This document shows, one piece after another, positions 1 through 11,322 of a stretch of 64,000 nucleotides of DNA; position 1 is the stretch's first letter, and every line of letters starts with the position of its first letter. Made by a program: the position numbers and the translations under genes. Origin of the DNA: Cyanophora paradoxa CCMP329 (taxonomy: Eukaryota > Plantae > Glaucophyta); NCBI GenBank assembly GCA_004431415.1, contig QPMI01000651.1:1-64000 (forward strand). The letters are read 5' to 3'. Under the pieces are notes generated by a model. That model did no database searches and was not told the DNA's origin. It saw only the letters and a program-made list of their open reading frames with translations.

Positions 1-135
1 TACCTTGCTCTTGAATAATAGTTTGCAAGAACTGCATTAACCACCTGGTTGTTGTCTCAAGTCCTCCATTCCTACTGCTAATTGGGTTCTGAATTTGTAA
101 TCCAGCATCACATGGAAGCCTCGATGAGTATTCAT
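1..135 (-). CDS. speD: S-adenosylmethionine decarboxylase-like proenzyme, N-terminal part (truncated by window edge, one apparent frameshift)
   Basis: Not in ORF track. Reverse strand from ATG 135 reads MNTHRGFHVMLDYKF, then after a 1-nt shift NPISSRNGGLETTTRWLMQFLQTIIQEQG. This aligns with element 2 MLAKGYHVMLDFQFSQPISDHVGLSKWLMTVSEDIIKKYG. Confidence 0.75.
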
Positions 136-175
136 TTTGAATAATTTAGAAAAATTAAAAAACGCGATTGGTAGA

Positions 176-334
176 ATGCGAACCATCTTAGCAAGAGTGC
201 TACCTTATGAGTTGGTGGATATCATTCTGCTGCACTACCACAAGACCTGTCCAAACTGCTTTGACACATGCATAATCACAAAGGGAAAATGGGGAAGATC
301 TCATTTCTCTCTCAAAGATCTAATCGAAATATAA
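176..334 (+). CDS. Small hypothetical protein (F-box-like LPYELVDIIL followed by CxxC)
   Basis: ATG at 176, divergent from the AdoMetDC gene across a 40-bp AT-rich gap; motif similarity is weak. Confidence 0.4.
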   Translation: MRTILARVLPYELVDIILLHYHKTCPNCFDTCIITKGKWGRSHFSLKDLIEI

Positions 335-592
335 TACTACTGGTTTATCATCTATCACGATTCCTGATGTAGTCTTTTTTCTGTAAGCATGAGAGGATTT
401 CTTGTTGCACTCTCTGCATCCACTTCCCCTTACATGATTAAATGGGTAGGTTTGCAGGATCTTGTTGCATTTGAGGCATCTAACAGAGACCTTCTCTTGT
501 GCTTTCTTATAGACTGTCTCACTGTAATCGAATTTAGCATCACCATGAACCATCATTGCAGATTCTATGAATTTCTTTGTTTTATCATCCAT
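320..592 (-). CDS. Stand-alone zinc-ribbon DNA-binding domain of the DUF723/CapR-like type seen in giant-virus endonucleases
   Basis: FIESAMMVHGDAKFDYSETVY...VSVRCLKC...PFNHVRGSGCREC pattern; no nuclease domain. Confidence 0.6.
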   Translation of the reverse strand: MDDKTKKFIESAMMVHGDAKFDYSETVYKKAQEKVSVRCLKCNKILQTYPFNHVRGSGCRECNKKSSHAYRKKTTSGIVIDDKPVVLYFD

Positions 593-617
593 TCCTCTCT
601 ATATATACCTGAGATTT

Positions 618-1447
618 CTATGGAGCAGTATCCTGCCCGAAAATGGGGAAGTATCGATTTGTGCCGTAATATTCTGCATATGTATTCTGTTTTGCAATAG
701 CATCGGTTCTCTCAGCATAGAGAATGCATTTGTAGATACCAAATCTGGTGGCTCTCACCAAGAATTGGTAATCTTCAAGACCGAAATTCACTCCATGATA
801 AGCAATTCCGAAATTATCATATGGAGTGATCACAACTGCAATATTTGGGGTTCCACCCTCTACTTGACAGACAGCATAAACATCTGGTGGATATCGACAA
901 CCACCTTGTAGTGGTCACCAATCTCAACAAGAGAATCAACTACTGATGTCTGCTCATTCACAACAATTGGGAAGATCTTTATAATATATGGTGCATTCAT
1001 ACTGGGGACATAGGTGCGAATTCTGGTGTTGGGATCAATGGGGTTGGGTTGATCATTTACGAAAAGAGGCGCACCAACAGCTCCACCAATCCGAAGACCA
1101 TCACCAATATATGCTCCCCCCGTTTTGCAGTTAATAGCTCCCGACCGAGATTCAAAAGAGTAAGTAGAAAGAGGATCACCATAACTGTCTGGGTCTCCAT
1201 AATGGGCAGAAAAGTTTGCATTTGTGACAAGGAGTTTCGTTGTCTTAACTATACCATTATTTTTATCACACCTGAGTTCCTGCAATCTCAGTTTATGGTG
1301 GAACCAAAGGTATTCATTGTAGGTTGGACTTTCTGTGGATTGGAGACCTTCTACATCATCAAAGGTAGCATGCTGCAAAAACGTGATTCGCAGGTGCTGC
1401 TAATGATAGTTGGGGTGTAATAATTCGTTCTGGTATTGGGCAGCCAT
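618..1447 (-). CDS. Putative virion/fibre-associated protein A (frameshifted)
   Basis: Joins ATG 1447 (MAAQ...) with ORFs 860-1378 and 618-833. Orthologous to 28357-29200 and paralogous to protein B (shared ELRxDKNxGxVKTTxLLVxNANF). Confidence 0.7.
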
Positions 1448-1470
1448 TTTACATTAAAGTGATATATAAT

Positions 1471-2317
1471 TTATGGGGTTGGGTCATCAATCACATCTGG
1501 TTCCTGGTAACCCTGTGTGAAGATATCTGCAACGTTTACCCCCGAAGTGCCGAAACAGCTGCTATATCTGTCCTCAGTCCATAATCATAGTATTGTAAAC
1601 TCCAACCTCAGTTACAAACAAATCATAGGTAAATGTCAAATTGTTATAAACACAATATCCTCGACCGAAATGGTTTGATGCTTGAACAAAGAATAGGTAA
1701 TTATGACCTGTTTGATTGTTGTTTGCTCTGCACATAGATAGCATTGCTGTGGGAAGCGAATATTTCTTCTTACTCGATCAGTTCCTGTTATAATAACCAA
1801 TTCCGAATTTTCAAGAGTGACAGAGAAGCAACATAGAAATGTAGAAAAGGTTGCTGTGCAACTGGTGTATAGAAACGTATTCGTTGGGGATTCTCTACAT
1901 TTTGTTCAAGAGTATCTGGGACATCATTATACGAAACTGATGAAGAGAGTTGTCCTGAAACACGACAACCACCACCAATAAATGCTCCTCCTGATCTCAC
2001 AGTAACAGCAGCAGAATTCTTGTCGAAATCGAGGGCTTTCAGATCAACACTGTAAGCATCAGGACCTCCATTAGTAGGTTGAAAGAATTCGCATTTGAGA
2101 CAAGGAGTCGAGTTGTTTTAACCACACCAGAATTCTTGTCTGCTCTCAGTTCTTTAACTCGAATAATCGAATTCTTATCAAATGAGTTACCATTGGAATT
2201 GGGTCTCTCTGTGGATTCTAAACCACGAACCTCATCATTAACTTCATGCTGGCGAAAGTGCATAGCAGGGGATCCAAGGGAATATATTGGAAGTTGAACT
2301 CGATTATATTCACCCAT
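1471..2317 (-). CDS. Putative virion/fibre-associated protein B (frameshifted)
   Basis: Starts MGEYNRVQLP at 2317; fragments 2039-2356 and 1788-2000 match the intact orthologue 29220-30065. Confidence 0.7.
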
Positions 2318-2356
2318 TGCTTCTTTTACTAAGAAGGAAAGAAAAATAAACACCAT

Positions 2357-2665
2357 TCAAGCCAAAGCAATTAGATTGGATCCAAGAGATTGGTAAGCGG
2401 TTGTTAGACATTGGATGTTGGATGTCATCGCTTTGAGGTTAGAATCACATTCACCATATTTTGTTACTGGGTCACCATAAGCCGATTGCGCAAGGACATT
2501 AACCAAAAGGTTTTTATATTCATGAACAACCGGTGACAGTTTGTTGGTTTGCTGTATCGTTTTTTCGACAGTTTGTAGTGCGGCTACAAGTTTGATAGTA
2601 TCGAATGCAAGAGCGACAGGCTCAGAAGAAGTAGAAGGAGTTCCACCGAGTGGATAGGTCGCCAT
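2357..2665 (-). CDS. Hypothetical 102-aa protein, element 1 only
   Basis: Clean ORF starting 3 nt after the fibre stop; absent at the equivalent place in element 2. Confidence 0.65.
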   Translation of the reverse strand: MATYPLGGTPSTSSEPVALAFDTIKLVAALQTVEKTIQQTNKLSPVVHEYKNLLVNVLAQSAYGDPVTKYGECDSNLKAMTSNIQCLTTAYQSLGSNLIALA

Positions 2666-2668
2666 TTA

Positions 2669-5600
2669 TTATACTGTGACATTTTTAATTTGGTCTATTT
2701 GACTTTGTAAATCTTTGCATTTCTGCGATAACTCCTTCACTGCTTCAATGAGAACAGGAATTAAACCTGTGTATTCAAGAGATAGGTAGCCATCGTCTTT
2801 TTTAACATTAACTACCTCTGGTATTACCTTTTCTACATCTTGTGCAATTAAACCTAATTTTGTTCCGTCTTTTTCGCTTCCAATTCGTTTAAAACTTACT
2901 CCTTCTAATCTCTCGATTGCTGAAAGAGCGCCGGATATCTTTTTAATATCGGTTTTGTATCTTATGTCACTTCCTTGTGTTAAATAACCTCCAATCCACA
3001 TCCATCCTCCATGATACATGTAACAAATATCAGTATCTTGTTCATTTCGGAATACAAGGGGAATATCTCCCCCTCCTTTCAAATATGTAGAAGTTTGGTT
3101 ACCGAAATGGATACGATTATATCCATCACTTGAACTAAACCAAGTCCCCACAGATCCTGTTAAGATATTTGGTTTACTATAAACGTTATTCCAATGAATA
3201 TAGCCGGTGTGACCACCATAACTATTTCCAACCCAAATTTTCATGTAACTAATACCCATAATATGAACTCTTCCAATCTTTGGTCTAATCCGAATTGTGA
3301 GGAATCGATTACCAAGATGTATTGGAACATTATTTATACCACTGTGGTTACCATCAGGAGATGTGCTGTATGGTTGATAACTATTTACTGATGTAATAAA
3401 AACTTCATTCCCTTGTCGATTCACTCCCCAAATTTCAAAAATTCGTGAGTTAGTCCAAGGTAAATAGGTTAAAAATGCTGTTCCTGTGTGGTATCCATCG
3501 GGTATATCGAAGTCAATCCAAGCGGTAGAAGTTTGGTCATCATATTGATTATTATAGACATATGAACCATAATTATAATATGGATCCCATGCTGAACTCC
3601 ATGCCCATGTCCAACCCTCAGAACATCTATTAAATGCAATACCTCCTACTGTTTTATCTGCTGTGTGAAACTTTGGGACATCATTACCGTTTATTTGGAG
3701 TTTGGTGGTTGCATTAATAGTAGGTGCTGTAATAGTATTATTCACCCAAAAGTTACCATTGTTATAAGATTTTAAAATGGCTGTATCTGCTGAGTTTCTG
3801 AATTCAATTGACACACCATCACCATTTGGTCTCCCTCGTATATATGTGCAATCGCCATTACCAAACCAAATTCGTTCTACTGCATCTGTTGATTTTAACC
3901 ATGTATTTGTTGCCCATGTTGCCGTTCCTGGGAGGTCTGCGGCTGTAATTAATGCGGGGCGACTGTAAATATTATCCCAAGAGATCATACCAACATCATT
4001 ATCTGTTGCCCTCTGCCTACTCCAACCAAAAACTCCTGTGAGATGAATGCGACCTTTTCGACCTTGAACATAAATATACTTGTAAAACTCGCAATTAATT
4101 GATACAAACAAGATAGTATTATTTGTCCCATCATGATTTACTGACTGTATTCCTTGATAATCGTTTACACGTTTTAAGAAATGCTGATTGTTATTGAGAG
4201 TCTGACCATAGATATCAAAATATCTGCCATTATACCAAGGCATATGCTGAATATAAATGATTTCATACCTGTGGGGACAGTCCACCTCATAAAACAACCG
4301 CTACAATCTTCATCATTTTGTGGTGTTGTATAACATCCTGTTTGTCCTGTTCTTGGTGACCAATTCAAATTCCAATTATTTGCGCTTCTATCTGTTGATA
4401 CTACATCTAATTGATCGAAATCATATCCTTTTGGAATTGTGTTTCCACCAATTTGTAGACTAGTAGCGTTTACAGTTCCATTAACTGTCCCACCTGTAAG
4501 AGGTAAATAATTTCCTAGAGCTGCTGTTAACTCTGCATCTGTTGTATAATTATTTAGAGTCGTTCCCAATTCACTTTCTGTTACATAGCTGCTTAAATCT
4601 GCTGTTGTAAGATACCCTTTATTGGTTAGGTAATCATCTGTGACCACACCTGAAAGGGTTGTATTGTGTAAGTTTTTTGCTGCCATCCTCTGATTGACTT
4701 CTAAGGCTCCACCTGATGTCGTTTTTATCCATGCAATCTCACATTTCCCATGATCATCTGTGGGTTGTCCCGCAACGGGAAGATAGTTTACAACTTTCTC
4801 CCTTGTGAATACTATTTTAGGTCTTGCTCCATCATATGCGCTTTGATCTGTTACGTTAATTTGAATAGCTGCTGAAAAATCCGCTACTTGTCCTATTTCT
4901 CCTGGGTGATAATTCGTAACATAGATACTGGGGAAAGTATCGTTTACTCCTACATTGAAATCGCCACTATACACTCCATTTACGATTGGATCCCTGGGTA
5001 ATCTTACTGCAAGAGTTCCCACCATCGGTGTGCCTGTTTCACCTGTAAATGAACCATTGAGACTAACATAATGATCATTCAAAAATAGCCTTTCAGGTGT
5101 ATTAATCGATTGGTAAAGTGTGACTCCATTAAAAACGTTTCCGATTGCATTCAATTGTGCGAATACTGGCTGTTCATCTATTTCACTCCAAATGTGTCTG
5201 TGATTAGAGTTTGTGATCTCTGAGTAGTCATGAGTGTGTGAACTGGGCGGGAAGGTTGAGGGGGGATTTGTTATATGCTCCCATAAATGATCATGTGCAA
5301 AATCTGTGATCTCATCTTTTGTGTGTGTGTGGGCGAAATCTGTTATTTGATCTTTTGTGTGAGTGTGGGCGAAATCTGTAATATCTGCTTTTGTGTGTGT
5401 TTGTTTTGCTAACCAATCTAAAACAACATTCGAAGTGGGATGATGTGGTAGAGTTGCATTTTTGGTAACTGTGAGATTTTCAATAAATATATTGCTCGAA
5501 TTAATTTTAAGATCTTCATTATTCAATATGGGCTGCGTATTTGGAAATCCATACAATAATTGTATATAATATCTAACCGCGTTCTTTTCTTCAATAGATA

Positions 5601-8456
5601 ACGCACGATTGAAAACGATAATTTCGGCAAGATCTCCATTAGCAACAGAAGAACCAAATGATGCAAAATTAGAAGGTGGAAGAAAATCACCCGATGATGT
5701 TCCAATATCAATACCACCCATTCCTACGACAATTTGCTCTGAGGAAACAGTGAAATCCCAATAATTCCACGAATTATAAATATATGATGCATCGAATAAT
5801 GGAGGAGTTGCATTTTCTAAATCATTTTGAATTTGTAGTGAAACACCAAACTTTTGATTTTTACAACCATATCCAATCCAATTTTGATAAGAACTATCCC
5901 TTATACTCAACATATAAGAAGGATTTGTAGTATTGATCCTACCTATAAAGAATAATGTAAGACCTAATGACCAATCTATTGAAACACTATTCCTATAAGC
6001 CATGTTTAATTCTTTCCCAATCGAAATTTGATTGTTTAGGGTTGCATTCAAATAATAATAAACAGTTTCCCAATTCGAATAATTTGTTAGATATGGTATC
6101 TGTGTAGTAACTCTGTTATATATCTGACCTTGATAATATATCAACTGACCATGTTGACCTGATGCTTTCCATGCAAATATACAATTTGGAATAATTGGGG
6201 CTGGATCAATGACAGTAGTAACAGCATAGTAAGGTCTATAAAGTATTTGTATAGTATTTTGTGTTCCAATTGTTATATTTCGATACACTGTAAGATTACT
6301 TGTGTAAATATCATCTGCCCATAGGTTACTTGTCCATATGTTACTTGCTGAAATGTTACTGGTGTAAATGTTACTTGTGACTGTAAGGTTTGTATCATTT
6401 TTAATCACGAATAAAGAAAGAATATTCGTTAGTTCTCCTTCGTCAATATATCCTTGATCTTCTAAATAATCTTCTGTTACCACTCTCGATATATTTTCGT
6501 TGTGAATGTTTTTTGCAGCCATTCTTTGATTGGCTTCCAGAACCCCACCATAGTTTGTTTTAATCCATGCAAGCTCTGCCCTTCCATAGTTATCATTTGC
6601 AGTTCCCACTATGGGAATATAGGAATATTTATCTCGACTGAAAACTATCATTGGTCTTGATCCATCTAGACTGCTTACATCTGCTACATGAACCTGTATA
6701 GCAGAGTTGTAATTTTGGTAGGTTGCTGGGTCTGTTGGGACTCTGAATGTATCTGTGGGAATGTCAGCCTCCATGTAGCTTGACACAAAGATATTTGGTA
6801 TGGTTGCTCCTGGTTCAGGTGGGTTTTCAAAAGAGCCTGGTAATGTCCGAATATGAAGTGGTCCTCTCATGGCTGAATTTGCAAGTGACCCATCCACATT
6901 GACATAGTGTTCATTCAAAAAGATCCTTTCAGGGACATTGCATGTCTGGTAAAGAGAAACTCCCATTAGAGGTTCAACTTTTGAAAATTCTGGTTGGTCA
7001 TTGATCTCATCCCAGGTGTGTTCATGGTTGCTTGCTGCAAACTTATCTGGTATCCCATCCAGATCACCCCAGTCATGCCTGTGATCCTCTGGTGGGAATT
7101 TCTCTGGTTTACCTAATATCTCATCCCAGTCATGGTTGTGATCCTCTGGTGGAAATCTTGCTGGTTTGTTATTGATCTGCTCCCAATCTGGGAAGAACTC
7201 CCAAATCTCTGGGCGAAATCCATCTGGTAATAATTCTTCATGGGTTCATATGGTTGCTCATAATCAACAACTGGTGGTTCGAGACCATCTGCTAAATATT
7301 CCTCATGGGGTTCATAATTCTGCTCATATTCATACTCTTGTGGATCTAAACCATCTGGTAAATACTCTTCCTCATTGGGATCATATTGATCATATTCATA
7401 CTCTTGTGGGTCGAAACCATCAGGTAGGTATTCCTCCTCATCTGGAACGAATTGGTATTCGTCAAGCTCCAAAATATCAATTTCAGGAGGTAAATATTGC
7501 TCATCAATTTGCTTTCTTGGTTCAATTATAGGTTTATTTCGAACCTGCTCCCAACTCACAATGTGTTGACCAAAAGGAACTGTCTCATCTGCTGTGTATT
7601 CTCTTCCTGGTTGCTTTTTGGGTGTTAAATCTGGTGGATCCCATGGTAGTGGGAAGGGAACTGGGACAGGTCCATAATACTCAAAGATCTCTCTTATGGT
7701 CTTCTCACTTACAAGTTTCTCTCCATTTGCATAGACATTGCTTCCATGGATATTTCGCCATTGTCTGGTTCTAATACCAAGATCTTTGGTGTTTGTCACC
7801 AAAGGTAAAAGGTGCCTATCCATTTCGACAAGGTCTGGGTGTAAATGAACTGTTACTGGTTGAGTGGGGCTACTGTTGACAGTGATAGACGCCTTATTCT
7901 TTGCTGTATCACCAGGTAGTTGGAAACCGAATTGTGCATTAGAAGCCGAATTCGCCACAATATCTCTTGGATAAACATTGTTAGTGAACTCGATTTTGTT
8001 GGTTTCTCCATGGGGGGCTATCTGTAATATTTCGGGAATTTGTGCAATTGCATTTGATCCTTCATTATAGATTCTCAAACCACTCTGATGCCCACCCTTC
8101 TCATTTTGAACATTGAATATTAACCTACCACTATCGAATCGAGTTGGAATATCTGGATGGGTTCCACTGGTTTTCAGTTTTCTTGGTCTGCTCCTGGTTG
8201 CTTTAATCTGGGCTACTTGATTCGATTTCACATTCCCCATGCTGAAAGCAACACTCACATCCTCCTTTTCGGGATCCATTTCGTTTATTGAAAGTGCATG
8301 CTCTCTTGGGTGAGTCTTTGAGGGTTCATCTGCACTGTGATCAATTGAGATTGACCCTCTGGCTGTCAAGTTATCGAAATTCACATGTTTGTTATCTGCC
8401 TTCCCTCTTCCTGATGAGGGAATGGTTTGAAGGTTTGCTGGGTAATTGAAACTCAT
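2669..8456 (-). CDS. Giant fibre protein (~1900 aa, frameshifted) with LamG-like domain, HxH repeats and C-terminal peptidase-S74-type intramolecular chaperone
   Basis: ORFs 7113-8456, 4174-6966 and 2669-4297 are collinear with the element 2 fibre. Motifs include YLPLTGGT, HTHTKDQITDFA and terminal SDIRYKTDI...GLIAQDVEKVIPEVV...YTGLIPVLIEAVKEL plus coiled coil. Confidence 0.85.
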
Positions 8457-8505
8457 CCCTGTTTACTCTACTTATAGAGATTTATTAAATTTGAGTTAAG
8501 TAAAG

Positions 8506-10046
8506 ATGCCTTTGAAGATTTGCCTCAGTCTCTCAGGTGGGGAGCTCGTGGTATAATTATTACGAGATTGTTAAAAGAAATCGAAACTCGAACAGGAAAA
8601 AGAGTAATTGACCTTGTTGATCTGGTGAGTGGAACATCCACTGGTGGGATAATTGCGATTGGTCTCAATGTGAAAAATCCCGAATTTCCAAACGAACCTA
8701 AACTTACTGCAACCGATTTGCATTCCACTTATCTCAATCAACTCCCCTTAATCTTTGCAAATCCCAGAAATATTATTGATAATGCACTTTTCAACACCAA
8801 GTATGATGTGACCCCATTGGAGACAGCCATTCTCACTGTTACTGGTGAGTCTCTCATTCAAGACTCTCTCAAAGATGTAGTGATCACAAGTTTTGACACT
8901 GTGAGTATGAAGCCCATTTTTATCACCAATGATAACTCCTACAAATCCATCCCCAGCAAGATTGCTGCAAGATCCACCTCTGCTGCTCCAACATATTTCT
9001 CACCTGTGAACTATGATGGGATGTCTCTAATTGATGGTGCAATCTCAGGTAACAACAATCCCAGTGTCTGTGGTTACAGTCATGCTAAGAAGATCTATGA
9101 TGATGATGATGATATTATAGTGATAAGTATATCCTGTGGTGAAGTCAATGAAACAGATGCTCCAAATGTGGGTTACTCTTATGAAGATGTGAACAGCTGG
9201 GGCATCCTCTCTTGGATTGCTTCGACCTCTGGAAGTCCATTAATCAATATGTTGATGGCTGCAAGTGAACTGTCTGCTCTGGAAAAGATGCAAGAGTTTC
9301 TCCCATACAATGATGATCAAGGATATGCAAGATATTATAGACTCTCTGTTCCACTTCCAAAGACCATAGTAAACTCTTTGGATGATACCTCTAAAATACC
9401 AGATATGATAGATGCAACCGAAATATATATAGCAGCAAACACTGTGATGATTGATAGACTCTGTGATTTACTGGTTGCAAATTACGAAATCAAGAACCCT
9501 GCAAGGTTCTATATATCATCCACTCTGAATAACATACCTCCCATTGATGCTAACTGGTATCTTCTATCAGATGGTGCATTCACTGCTTCATCATCAAAAA
9601 TTGGAAGGGAGGCATTTAAAGCAAGACCTTCCTTGACAGGTTGGGAAGCAAATGCATCTGCTCCTGATGGGATATGGAGTGTTCCCACTGAGTATCTCCA
9701 AGTAACCTTCCCATACATATTTGAGGTTGCATCTATAATTGCATATGGTTCTGGTGTAACAAACGCTTTTATTAAGACCTTCAATGTTGCAACATCACAA
9801 GATGGTGTTTCCTGGTCATTTATCAAGTATGAAGGTGTCAACAGAGTGTTTATGTGTGAAACTATTAATAATGCCCACAACAGTGGTGATGTCTCATACA
9901 GTTCTGGGTATCCCACCTCTATTAGAGACGTTTTCTATATTGGCTACCCTCTGAGGACAAGGTATATTCGAATTTATCCACTTGTATACATCAACACCCC
10001 AACTATGAGAGTGGATGTCACAGGTGCATTTATTCGAAGTGTATGA
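8506..10046 (+). CDS. Patatin-like phospholipase fused to F5/8 type C (discoidin) domain
   Basis: True start MPLKICLSLSGG(G)ARG at 8506 with a 1-nt loss in a G run. GTSTG nucleophile elbow, SAAPTYF, DGA catalytic Asp; C-terminus EYLQV...SQDGVSW...RYIRIYP...MRVDVTG. Confidence 0.9.
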
Positions 10047-10498
10047 TACATCAGGACTTCTGATGTATGGTGCACCAGATTATGGCTTTTTTTACAGTAG
10101 CTACTGTATTTTGCATTATTTTACTGTATGTTCCTTACATTAGAAAGTAGCCGATAAATCGTTTTTTCGAAATATATGTATGAAATATATACGTATATAT
10201 ACTTGATACCTACACCATCGTGTAGGTCTTTTTAAGCGCTTTCCAGCGCTATGTCGACGGTCGCGATCTGATGATCTGGTGGTGAGATACAAGCGTTTGA
10301 AGATGCCGACAGCCCCACAGTGGGAACGTTAGGCGATGCCGACAGTAGTAACGCGAACCGTCAAGTATATATGCGCATATATACATTTTGACCACAAAAT
10401 CGCGGATTGGTCGGTCGCCAACTCGGGGGGCTCAGTGTCACACGAAATGTATGGTATATATATATATGATGAAACAAGTGATGTCATGACGTCATAAT

Positions 10499-10746
10499 GG
10501 TTGCGCAACCTGGTTGCGATGATGCAACCATGGTTGCGATATGATGCAACCATGATGCAACCATGGTTGCGCTGGTTGCGCAACCAGGTTGCGCAACCAA
10601 TTTTTTTCCGATTGAGTGGTTGCGCAACCAATTTTTTTCCCATTGAGTGGTTGCGCAACCTGGTTGCGATGATGCAACCATGGTTGCGATGATGGTTGCG
10701 ATGATGCAACCATGGTTGCGATGATGGTTGCGATGACGCGCAACCA
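10499..10746. repeat. Array of palindromic GGTTGCGCAACC / GGTTGCGATGATGCAACC units
   Basis: Directly visible in the central non-coding region of element 1. Confidence 0.9.
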
Positions 10747-10774
10747 TTTTGCGATTCATAGAATTATCCGATTG

Positions 10775-10917
10775 ACCGAAACTTCACCGAAACTCCACCG
10801 AAACTTCACCGAAACTTCACCGAAACTTCACCGAAACTTTTCCGAAACTTCACCGAAACTTCACCGAAACTTCACCGAAACTTCACCGAAACTTCACCGA
10901 AACTTCACCGAAACTTC
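10775..10917. repeat. 11-bp tandem repeat (ACCGAAACTTC) x13
   Basis: 143 bp with two variant units. Confidence 0.95.
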
Positions 10918-11038
10918 AATATCGGTCATACATATGTATTTTATTACCAGGTGCTCCGTTTTTAAATCTGAAAACAGATTCGGAATCGCCACGATAGCGC
11001 CAATCAGGATTCGTCGTGATCGGGCACTTACAAAATAA

Positions 11039-11046
11039 AAAATTGA
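11039..11046 (+). promoter_or_regulatory. AAAATTGA, Mimiviridae-type early promoter motif
   Basis: Exact motif 32 nt upstream of ATG 11079. Confidence 0.55.
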
Positions 11047-11078
11047 CAAGGAGTTTCTGGATTCTCCCAACTTCTGCT

Positions 11079-11321
11079 ATGGATCCCATCTACCAAGACC
11101 CTGCTATCATCCATGCTGCCCAGTCAGACTGGATCCATGATTTCAAGACTGCTTTCTATTACAATTTCTTCATGTCACAGCCAGAGCATGTGAGACTGTT
11201 CTTTGTTTATAATTACCAACTGGTCTCAAACCTTGAAACTTTCTTCTTGGAAATTATTGAAAAAGATAGACAAATGAGGAAAATTCGCCAGAGGTCTAAG
11301 AGATTCCGAAAGCGTTGTTAA
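11079..11321 (+). CDS. Hypothetical 80-aa protein with basic C-terminus
   Basis: MDPIYQDP... ORF preceded by AAAATTGA, convergent with the integrase. Confidence 0.6.
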   Translation: MDPIYQDPAIIHAAQSDWIHDFKTAFYYNFFMSQPEHVRLFFVYNYQLVSNLETFFLEIIEKDRQMRKIRQRSKRFRKRC

Positions 11322-11322
11322 T

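Noticed and set aside
4250-4290. Programmed frameshift in the fibre, since both elements break nearby (also ~31088)
   Set aside because: The breaks are about 6 codons apart. Each is repaired by adding one base to a short homopolymer, like many others in the window, so sequencing error is more likely.
10046-10110. Hairpins after the patatin stop as Mimivirus-type polyadenylation signals
   Set aside because: Comparable hairpins were not found consistently after other genes.
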